A DNA stretch of 64,000 nucleotides, from the NCBI GenBank assembly GCA_964019335.1, contig OZ025713.1, positions 62,001 through 126,000 of the forward strand, written 5' to 3'. How positions within the stretch are numbered: position 1 is the first letter of the stretch; each line of letters begins with the position of its first letter. Positions 35,230 through 45,750 of the stretch are shown in pieces. The notes under the pieces are model-generated. The model made no database searches, had not been told where the DNA came from, and worked only from the letters and a program-made list of their open reading frames with translations. Source of the stretch: Diplonema japonicum (lineage: Eukaryota > Protista > Euglenozoa: Diplonemea). A program made the translations under genes and the position numbers.

Positions 35230-35763
35230 TTACAAAACACAAACCTGAGGTGATTCTTCCAAAACATCTTCATCCTCCTCTCTGCACAACGCCCCCCACT
35301 TACCCAGATTATGCTCGACTCCAGCTTCTGTGAATAAGTCACATAGTTCGGGCAGGACGAGGGCAAGGTGTGAAGGCTGCGAAGGCAATCCTATTGTCAT
35401 GCCAACTTCTAAAAGATTTAAATTGGGACCCCCGGAAGATGGGTCATAATATAGGTGCACTCTCCCATTGATTCTAGTCACAACCCCGTCACTGGTGCAC
35501 CGAAGTGTTTTAGTTGCCTTGTGTAGTGAAAACTCAATCGTGTCGCACGCGGCCACCTTCTCCATGTTCTCGATGCTGTCCTTGCTGAACACTGCTGCCT
35601 TTCGCCTGTCAAAGAACTGCACCCGTACTGTCTCCTCGTCATCTGTGCACCCGCTCACTTGTTCTCGCAGCCACCATAAGCACGGCCCTTCTTCGCATTC
35701 TTCTTCTCTGCTGTCGTTTCTGCACTCCCTGTACCCGTATGAAGAATCTCGAGAATCCGTCAT
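35230..35763 (-). CDS. Hypothetical protein, 177 aa
   Basis: Clean ATG-to-TAA ORF, homopolymer-free, flanked by homopolymeric intergenic DNA. Confidence 0.65.
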   Translation of the reverse strand: MTDSRDSSYGYRECRNDSREEECEEGPCLWWLREQVSGCTDDEETVRVQFFDRRKAAVFSKDSIENMEKVAACDTIEFSLHKATKTLRCTSDGVVTRINGRVHLYYDPSSGGPNLNLLEVGMTIGLPSQPSHLALVLPELCDLFTEAGVEHNLGKWGALCREEDEDVLEESPQVCVL

Positions 35764-35764
35764 T

Positions 35765-35795
<31 letters not shown>

Positions 35796-35843
35796 CCCTT
35801 TTTGGTTAGGTGTTAATTATAATGAAAGAAAAAAAGAAAAAAA

Positions 35844-37611
35844 ATATATATATAAGAGTCAAAGGAAAGTCCTTGTGAGACGCCGAAGAAATGAAAGTAA
35901 GATTTAGAAAATAAAAAAAAAAAAAAAACCTTCACTAGTAGGTACGAAGTGGTTAGCAAGGTTCATCGCGGTGGCGTGCCTACCTGACGTTTATATCTTC
36001 CTATCCTTTCTTATGAGGTTTGTCCGGTTCGCCTTCTTCGACAAGTGGGGGTGGGTCATGGCCAATCTTGACTCGGAAGGCTGGAATATAAGAGTTAATG
36101 AAGTCCTGAGACGCCGAAGAAATGATAGCAAGAATAGAAATAAAAAAATAATCAGAGCACGGCTTGTATTCTGTCACTTTTCATCCCTCTCTTTGCCCTT
36201 TTGCTAGCACCTTTACAGGGAAGCTCAAGAGGAGGAGTGGATGGGGAAGGGGCAGAGAGGCTCACAAGTTCCTCACTGGAAGAAAAAGAAGGGGAGTGGG
36301 TGCCTCCTATATCTCTTAATGGGGCGAGCTGCACCACACCACACGCATTAAAGACAAGACGCGGAATCAGAAGAAGCAACAGCTCTGTCGGGATGTACCC
36401 CCTGTAATCAAGTGGACAGTGTTTGTGCACGAGCACCGCCTCCTATATCTCTTATTTTCTTTTTTTGGCGGGCCGTTGCTAACCACTTCGTTCCTATCAT
36501 AGTGAATTTTTTACCGGGGTACATCCCGACAGAGCTGTTGCTTCTTCTGCATTCCGCGTCTTGTCTTTAATGCGTGCGGTGTGGTGCAGCTCGCCCCATT
36601 AAAAAAAGAATAAGCAAGGAAGTTCGGGGCAAGCGGAGTAAAAGCATGAATGTCCAAGTTTCTTTACTATATTCTTTCTTTTTTTCTTCTTTTCTTTTTC
36701 TCTCTTCTCTTTTTTTAAAAATTCGAAAAGAAAACTGGTAAAGCTTCAGTGTGCAGGGAATTACAGAATTATAGAGTCCCCAGCCAAAAACACTAGGGAG
36801 CGGGGCAAAAAGATGAATAAAAAAAAATATAAAAAGGATTTTCTTTCTATTTTGATTACACTTCATTTGTTTTCTTCTTGCTGCTTTGAATGACTTGCTA
36901 GGTATTAAGGTATGCGTCTTGACGCTCACAAGCCAAGCCGAGCTTAGTCCCCCTTTCACCTAAAGTTGCGATCGAAAGCGGCGCCCACTCGCGGGGGAAA
37001 GTTTGTATGCACTTTTTGGAGGGGGTCAGAGCACGGCTTGTATTCTGTCACTTTTCATCCTTCTCTTTGCCCTTTTGCTAGCACCTTTACAGGGAAGCTC
37101 AAGAGGAGGAGTGGATGGGGAATGGGCAGAGAGGCTCACAAGTTCCTCGCTGGAAGAAAAAGAAGGGGAGTGGGGAGGGGGGGAGGGAGAGGAAATAAAG
37201 AAAGGGTAAGGTCAAGATAGGAAGACTTCAACAAATGAGCCCCAATCTGCACCAATCTCTCCCAGATCGAAGTTTTAAAAAATAAACATCATTCATCCTT
37301 TTTTTTTTTAACCCAAAAGAAAAAAAAAGAAAATAAGAGATATAGGAGGCGGTGCCCGTGCACTGTCCACTTGATTACAGGGGGTACATCCCGACCTGCT
37401 GTTGCTCGTCTTGTCTTTAATGCGTGCGGTGTGGTGCAGCTCACCCCATTTAAAAAAAAAAAAAAAAAAAAACAAACAAGGAAGTTCTAGGCAAAGAAAA
37501 AGCATGAATGCCTCAGCTTCTTTACTATTGTCTCTTTTCTTTCTTTGCTTTTCTTTTTTTCTTTCTTCTCCTCTTTTAAAATTCAAAAAGAAAATCGGCA
37601 AAGCTTCAGTG
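35844..37611. repeat. Rearranged repeat cluster with direct and inverted duplications
   Basis: 36152-36300 ~ 37026-37175 direct. 36318-36402 inverted to 36516-36600. 36516-36750 ~ 37381-37611 direct. Contains B, C and F elements. Confidence 0.85.
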
Positions 37612-37827
37612 CTCCAATGGGGTCTTCCACGGGTTCTCGGCAAAGTTCAGACCGCCTGGTTTTGGTTCCACGTAGTTGCTCGGAAGTAGGGAGTCTGAGA
37701 GGCTGCTGAGGTTACGTTTCACAACATTGAAAAACAACAAAGCGGGTAAAAAATCTACAGAAGATACTTACATGTCACGGTAGCAAAAGATACACCACGT
37801 ACTTCCCACCGTTGTGCTCCCAACACT

Positions 37828-40025
37828 TTATTCTGTCTTGTTGTTTTGTGTCACGTCACCGTCGCTGAGAGCCTTCTTCACATCAGCTTTTCCTTCCGTG
37901 ATGAGGATGTGTAATGCGTCGGTGTTTCCATTCTCGGTAGCTATGCAACATGGGGTAGTACCGTTGCTGTCTGCCATGTTCACATCAGCCTTTCCTTCCC
38001 TGATGAGGATGCGTAATGCATCGGCATGTCCGTTTTGAGCCGCCATGTAACATGGAGTAACACCATTATCTCTGGCCTTGTTGACATCAGCCTTTCCTTC
38101 CCTGATGAGGATGCGTAATGCATCGGCATGTCCGTTTTGAGCCGCCATGTAACATGGAGTAACACCATTATCTCTGGCCTTGTTGACATCAGCCTTTCCT
38201 TCCATGATGAGGATGCGTAATGCATCAACGTGTCCATTTTGAGCCGCCAAGTAACACGGGGTAGTATCGTCGTCTTGTGCTTTGTTGACATCAGCCTTGC
38301 CTTCCATGATGAGGATGCGTAATGCGTCAGCATGTCCATTCTGAGCCGCCAAGTAACACGGGGTAGTACCGTCGTCTTCGGCCTTGTTCACATCAGCCTT
38401 TCCTTCCCTGATGAGGATGCGTAATGCGTCGGCATGTCTATTAAGAGTCGCCATGAAACATGGAGTAACACCATTATCTCTGGCCTTGTTGACATCAGCC
38501 TTTCCTTCCGTGATGAGGATGCGTAATGCATCAACGTGTCCATTTTGAGCCGCCGTGTAACACGGGGTAGTACCGTCGTCTTCGGCCTTGTTCACATCAG
38601 CCTTTCCTTCCATAATGAGGATGCGTAATGCATCAACGTGTCCATTCTGAGCCGCCGTGTAACACGGGGTAGTACCGTCGTCTCCTGCTTTGTTGACATC
38701 AGCCTTGCCTTTCATGATGAGGATGCGTAATGCGTCAGCATGTCCATTCTGAGCCGCCAAGTAACACGGGGTAGTATCGTCGTCTTCGGCCTTGTTCACA
38801 TCAGCCTTTCCCTCCGTGATGAGGATGCGTAATGCGTCGGCATGTCCATTCTGAGCCGCCTTGTAACACGGGGTAATACCATTCTCCTTGGCCTTGTTCA
38901 CATCAGCCTTGCCTTCCGTGATGAGGATGCGCAAGACATCGGTGTGCCCGTTTTGAGCCGCCATGAAACAAGGGGTAGAACTCTCGTCGTTGGCCTTGTT
39001 CACATCAGCTTCGCCTTCCGTGATGAGGATGTGTAATGCGTTGGCGTGTCCGTTTTGAGCCGCCATGAAGCAAGGGGTAGAACTCTCGTTGTTGGCCTTG
39101 TTCACATCAACCTTTCCTTCAGTGATGAGGATGCGCAATGCGTCCACGCAGTCGTGTTCAGCGGCGACAGAGCACGCAGTCCTGCCAGACGCATCCACCG
39201 TATCCGCCGCCAGACTCCCAGAGAGGAGGACATCCTTCAGAAGGTCAGAACGATTCCTTGCCGCCGCCGCATGAAGCACTGTCCACCCTTTACGCGGTCC
39301 CTCTTCCTTGTTCGTTCCCCAGAACCTGTCGCCGAGCACCTGAACCACCTTGTCGAACACAGCCCGCCTGCAAGAACACGCAAGAAGCCCGACACCTGCT
39401 GTGTGAAGCTCATCTGGTACCCCAGCAAGTTCCGCTCCCTTGCTCAGCAGAACTGCCGCACTGTTCTCGTGGCTCCCGTTCTTGTTCATCCGCAACACTG
39501 CTGCGAGAGAAGAGTTCAGAGCCTCAGAGTGAGCGGCGGGTGACAGGTTGGCACAGCACAGCGACACCACCTGCTCGTTGTGCTCCAACTCTGCCGCCGC
39601 CTGAAGAACTGTCTTCCCGTCCACAACAGGTATCTCCGTGCTGAGCGGGTAGACCACCCACCTTCCTTCACGTGTCACCGGATGGTTTTCAAAATGTCTG
39701 TCCTCTATGAGCTTCGTCTTGATCGTATCGATGAGCTTCGCGTTGCGGACACGCTCCACCTGTGTCATGACGTCTTCAAGCCTGCCCCAGTGATCGAAGT
39801 CGATTTCCTGCAGCTCCACCACCACCACGCGACGCATGCTTGTGTCGAGAGCCACCTCCAGCAGACGCATCACACCGATGTCAGGGCGCCCCACCACCCG
39901 GAACTGGGTGTTCGCTGAGATCAGAACCTCCTTCTCCTCGGGGAAGCGGCTGAACCGAGCGATGCTCCGCCCAGTCTTAACACGCAGAATGAGGATCGTC
40001 CCCTGAACTTCTTCGTTGTTGTCTC

Positions 40026-40067
<42 letters not shown>

Positions 40068-41106
40068 TACCCTTCCCAAGGAAGTCCTTCACCACCTCAG
40101 GGTTCTCACTTGCACTCGTGGGGTGAGGCATCGTCACCACCGCCCCCACAGAGTACAGCGACTCACTCACCCGGAAGTCCATTGCACGGAACACGGTCCC
40201 CTCGTACTTCGGCTGCGACACCATTGCTCGGTGCAGGGAATAGGCGAAGTCCTTCATCGGCTCGTAGCGCTCCCGCTCCCCACGGAACGCCACCTCACGC
40301 ATCGCCGCGTTCACCTCGTAGCACAAGGGGCTCTCCAGAGTGTACAGCCGAAGGTACGGCTCCGACTTCCCCTCCACCTGCTGCACCGCCCACTTCGCAG
40401 TCATCGCCTGGAACACCCCACCAGCTGCTCGCTGTCCCGGCTTCAGCTTCCCGCACTTCGCAAGGTGCCGCTCCTTGTTCCCCGCATTCAGCGCAGTCCC
40501 ACACGCAGCACACGTCACATACCCAGAGCACTCCCTCCCCATCGCAGCCTCCACCGTCGCCAGCATCGGCCTTGCACACGACCCACCTTTGAAGAACTCG
40601 CTCCACCCTCGGTCCACGTCGATCTCGCCGACCCCATCGCTGTACCGGCTCACCACTCCCTTGTTCGCTGCCACCACCCCTCCTCCACTCACCTTTTTTT
40701 ATTTTTTATTATTTTTATTTATTTTATTATTTTTTTACGCTTCGTACCTTGAACGCCTTCACCGCCTGCTGCAGCTCTTTACGTGCGACACCAGTGATGA
40801 CACACAGTCCCCCACACCGCGCTCCTTGTTGCGCTTCAGGAACTTCTGCATCACAGCAATCACGTTGTGGCACAGTGCGTCGTGCCACTTCCCAAGCGCC
40901 GTGTCCAGCTCCACCTCCAGCTCCCTTCTTCCTGTCTCCACAACTGGCGTGGTGGTGGTTGTGGTTGTACCCCCCACCCTGCTCGCCAACTGTCCACGCA
41001 GCTGCTCCACCGCTTCCCACGCTATTTTTACAGCTCCCTCTCCTGCTGGAGGAGGCGACGTCAGGGCCTTCGCAGCCTGCACACCAGATCCCGCTGTTGT
41101 TGTCAT
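37828..41106 (-). CDS. Zn-finger + R-S-E (ARTC-type) mono-ADP-ribosyltransferase + ankyrin-repeat protein; intron 40693-40747; 1-nt frameshift near 40778
   Basis: CAAC..HLAKC, LRLYT.E...Y..VN..MR, VFRAM, PTSAS, EEKEVLI, then 13 34-aa ankyrin repeats. Upstream exon joins through a GTACG...AAAG intron. Spliced length is 1 nt short of a multiple of 3 (error or lesion). Confidence 0.85.
37870..39195 (-). repeat. 102-bp tandem array encoding 13 ankyrin repeats
   Basis: Repeating TPC..AA.NGH.DALRILI.EGKADVNKA. Confidence 0.95.
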
Positions 41107-42119
41107 GTTGGTTCAGCCTTTGCAGGTGGGGAGTATGTGTTGGGTATTGAAAAAAGAAGGACAAGAAATGGAGAAAAAATATAGTATGAGTTGAAGGAAG
41201 TCCTTTGGTATGCGTTCTTTTTCTTTCAATCGATTGTTATATGTACTTATAAAATATATAGCGCGCATTCGACGGCACTGATCAAGCGACTGGCACCTTC
41301 CGAAGAAGGGCCTCCCACGTCCGCCGGGTTGAGCAGAGGATGCCCCGGGGCGGCCGTTCCAGTCTGATCATGTCGCATTATAATATATTTCTCATCTTCT
41401 AGAAGAAAATGAGGTTTTTGCCCTCGTAGTTTGGGGGGTGGCGCTGCCTGATGTTGTGCCATTGTTGCAGCGTCGAGAAGAAAATGCCAGTCAGTCGCCA
41501 TGGAGTAGTGATCCTTTCCCGAGGGCTCGACACCGTAAGTTTTTATTTCCAGAAACTTATTGTTTTACACTTTAAGTTAAAGGAGGCTGGTGTTGGTGGT
41601 GCATTGTCTACTTGATTACAGGGGGCGCACCCCGGCCGAGTTGTAGCTTCTTCTAAAAAGAAATCACATAAAGAAAGGGTGACAATTTCTGTTGGAGTAC
41701 GCACGAGGAGGAGGAGAAAAAAAAAAAGGGGGAAAAAAAAAAAAAGCCCTATTGGCAAACCCGGTGGGGCTACTCCAGGCCATTCTTGGTGGGAGGAATT
41801 GTTTAAGAAAGTTGGAACATTTTCTTTCCTTTCTCTTTTTTTTTTTTTCTTTTCTTAATATAAATCTAACTCTTAATTGAGTTGCCTATGTTTCTCTTAA
41901 ATATCTTTCATCTTTCTTACGCCCCACTTCGTATCACCACGTGGTACCTCATATTTCAAGTTGAAATCATCCGCTTTTGCTGTTGTCGAGAAGGTCCCAA
42001 GTCCAGAAAAAGCTGGCCTGTGTGGCAAGTAGCAGGCAGCGAGTGACCAAAAGAATGACGAAGGGGGAACACAACAATATCAATAGTAGTACTGAGAGGG
42101 GGGGGGGGGGAGATAAAAA

Positions 42120-45100
42120 CTCAAAGTACAGGACAAGCCCCCCGCTAGAGGGCCGCCCTATGGGAGGGGGGGGTCTATCTGTTAATACTCCCCTTCTGGA
42201 GCATTGCTTTCATCCCGATTGTGGCTGCGAGCGTCTTGCGGAGTAGTGTGATGCGATCCCGCTTGTAGGCGGCCTTCAAATCCATCAGCTTGTCGTGCGT
42301 GGACTGGGTAGCAAAAATGGGCCTCCTGGAGAAGCCTATAGCTGCCTTTCCTCCTATGGCGATGAGGGACTTCACCCTTTTCTGCTCATCCGCTGGGAAG
42401 GGGCGTCGCTTCTTCCGTGCCCTGCACGCTGCGTTTATCTTTACGATTAGGGCCTTGATTCTGCGTGCCCTATCTTCCAGCAGGCCTCCTAATGATTTAC
42501 CGGTCGTCCATTCGAAGTCAATGGCTAGCTCCACCGCCGACACCTCCGAGGCGGTGTCCTTCTCCACCCAGCGCAGCTGTGACAACCATTGTAGCAGCGG
42601 GTTCAGGTACTGGGACAGGACCCCACCCACTCCCTCGAGCTCGCCTGCTATCGGAACGGGGCATCTCTTTCCTACTACATTTCGTTCCCACGGTAGCGGC
42701 TGTGTGTTGACGTCCTCCTTCTGCATGAGCTCCACGTCCCGCTTCTCAACCACCACGGCCAAGTATCGTTGCAGTTTTTCCAGGTATGCAAAGGCATGTC
42801 CTCTCGGCAGTATTGCGTGTAGCTCAAGACACAGGGGCCATCCCGTCCTGTCGCGCAGCGGTTCCAAACCGTCCTGTGCCAGCTCGTCCCGTGCGCAGGC
42901 ACACTCGTAAAGCTGATGGCGGAGTAAGGTTACCGTGTCCGGGTGTGGTGACTCACACAGGTCACACCTGAACCCTTGTGTGCGTGGTACTTCCGTCGTT
43001 GGGACGTGGTCTATGCTGTCCCCGTCTTCCTCGGTGCCATCTCCTTCTGGTGCCAGGGGGACGCTCCTTTGACTCGTACCTGCATGCGGGCTAAGGTAGG
43101 GGACCCCTCCGGCGATCACCCGTCTCAGGCAGTAGGACATGAGTGGGTCCTTGGCTGTCTTCCACAGTTGGTTGGTTTTGGGATCCGCTCCCGCCTCCAT
43201 CCCCTTCACTGTGCTTCTTTCGTTCGCCAGTGACCTGCTCCGGGCTTTCCTCACCGCGTCCCTAAAGGCGTGCCCGCGCTCGGCCCAGGGTTTGTTCCTA
43301 CAGTCTAGCAGCTGCGTCCAGTTCCACCCTATGTAGGGGAGCCACCGACATATCAGGTTGCCTACTGGCCCCATTGGGATGGACCCCGTGCCGCACCCCG
43401 CAGCGATCCGTGTGCATCTCTGTCGCAGTCTCTCGTCCTCAAGCGCTCTGGACACTACCTTCAGGGAGTGGTATATCACATAGGAGAGGGGGTCGCTGGT
43501 GTGCCCCTTCAAGAGGACCGTGTTGACCGCGGTTGGAGATCGTCCACGATGATGCGGGCCCCACAGATTGCATGTTACCCTCGTTGACAACTTCTTGAGT
43601 GTCTCGTCACATGGGGGAGAGAACGGCCCGCTGTAGAGGCATGACGGGAGTACTGTCGTGCTGACCATGTGTGCTTTGGTCTCGAAAGCTAATCTCGTGC
43701 ACCCTAGCCGGTCTAGTGAGTCAAGTGCATCCGTGGATGGTCTGTTCCATTTCGTTCCTGTCCTGCGCGTGTTGATCTTCACGCCAAGCCCTTTGAAGTC
43801 CGTCACTGTCTTGTAAGGTACAGCAACTACCGAGCCTTTCCTAATCGCCGTACGGTCTCCTACGACTCTCGACTTGTAACCCTCTGCGGTGCCAAAGCCA
43901 ACCGTCTTTTCCTCGTTGACCTTCATGCCAGTCAGGTCGCAGAACTCCAGAGTCCCTTCGACCGCTGCTTGTAGGGAGTCGCGTAGCTTCGCTAACAGGT
44001 AAGCGTCGTCGGCATATGCTAGCACCTCGGCGTCCGGCGCTACTTGCTCGATGGCCCGTATCATGATGGAGAGCAGGGCGTTGATGACAATGACCGACAA
44101 CGGGCACCCCTGGAGGATTCCGTTTGTGGCCTCAAATGTGTCACCTACTCCTATGGGGTACTTGAACCTCCTTGTGATCTGGGAATACATCCCCTGGAGT
44201 GCTTTCCCTATGGACTCGTCCATCCCCAGGGCGCTCATGAGGTCAAGTGACAGCTGTTGTGGGACTAGGTCGAAGCACTTTCGAAAATCCAGGGCTAGTC
44301 CCTCCAGAGGCTCTCCTTCCACCGAAGCCAGCTCCAGCTTGGTACACAGTTCCATGAGGGCTGTTGTCGTACTGTGCTTGGGCCTAAACCCGTGCTGTCT
44401 CGGCGTGATCCAACGTTCCTGCCAGTCAAGGACATCCTTCAGCCTCGTACACGCCCACAAGCGGTAGATGGTGCTGGTCACTGTGATGGGTCGGTGGTTC
44501 AGCGGTGCTGACCCTTCACCCTTTGGTATCAGTGACACCAGGGCTGTCGTGATCTGTCTCGGCCACTGGCCCGTCTCCTCAATCAGGTTGAAGAGGTCTG
44601 CGAAGGCCTTCAGGATGCTCACCGGGAGACGTTTCAGCTCACTCATTCGCCAGCCGTCTACGCCACAGGCTCCCTTCTCCGGCTTCTTTTTGACCACTTC
44701 TCTTAGCCGCTCTGCTGTGATCGGGGTCCGCGTCATTGGGGTTTTCTTGATTAAGTCCCTGTAGCGTTGTGCGAATCGTTCGTACTGCGGCTCGTCTTCT
44801 GGTGTCCGCGCAGAAAAGATGCCCGACCAAGCATCCCGCATCACCTCGTCCATCTTCCGTAGGTTTGCGGTCACCCCGCCGTCTGCTGTCTCAACCACAT
44901 CTGTCTTCTGGTTTGGGCGGTCTCTGACCCAGGCTGTGATGTGTCTGCGCTCCTTCCCAAAGTCTGAGCGTATTGAACGTTCGTATGCTTTCGCCTGCAT
45001 GTTCTTGCGTTGTAGGAGCAGCTCCGATAACATTCCCTGGGCGTAGTCTTCAGCTATTTCCAGCTCTCCCCTGATGCTATCAATACTCCCTGCCGCGTCG

Positions 45101-45750
45101 GTCTTGCAGGATTCGACCTTCAGCTCTTCCCCCAACGTTGTAATGTTCCTGAGTGTGTTCCGTACCTCTACTGGGAGCGGCCCGCAGTGCCCGCCCTCAT
45201 AGAGCTTTAACATTTGTTGTTTTGCGCTTCGGATTTTGAGCTTCAACTTCTCAAGTCGTTGTTGTCGATTTGTTGCCGCCCCAACTGTCGACTCCGTAGA
45301 CCTCGCACTCAGCTCCGACTTCGTAGGCTCCCGAACCTTGCCTCTCCCGGTGTATACGCTGCGCACCGGACCCACGTATCCATGTAGTAGGTACTGCTCC
45401 GCGAGGTCTGCTATCTCCGAGAACGCTTCGGTGGGCTTCTGCGCCGTAATGAACTCACGGTATTTCGACTTCTGCATCAGTGTCTCCGCTACTCCGGTGG
45501 GTGCCCTCTTGGTCTTCGGTATCTCCTGCGGGACGGTGTATCTTAGGACTTCTTGTCGGAAGGCTGGGATGTTGAGTGTTACCGACAGGCATCGGTGGTC
45601 CGACCCGGAGATAGCCTCGTTTACTCCACAATGTTCGAGCCCCTGGGCCGCGATGTTGTTCAACAGTACCCTATCCACCCGCGTACTGCAGTTGGTTCTG
45701 ACAAGCGTGCTCTCTACCTGCACTCCATCCCTCCGAGCACAGAACGCAGC
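42120..45750 (-). mobile_element. 5'-truncated APE-RT non-LTR retrotransposon with an uninterrupted 1182-codon frame
   Basis: APE C-terminal motifs TRVDRVL and SDH. RT motifs NHRPITVTS, QHGFRP, LDFRKCFD, GILQGCPLS, YADD. CDLC..HQLYEC Zn finger. VSAVELAIDFE domain. Confidence 0.95.

Noticed and set aside
37870-39195. Regular repeats with variable inserts as a CRISPR array or DGR target
   Set aside because: They are in-frame 102-bp ankyrin units. There are no cas genes, no template repeat or adenine-specific variation, and the nearby RTs are LINE-type.
42120-42160. acaagccc...gaggg resembling a twister ribozyme
   Set aside because: The conserved UAA cleavage segment and P1/P2 pairing are not found. 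A simple hairpin on the other strand explains it.
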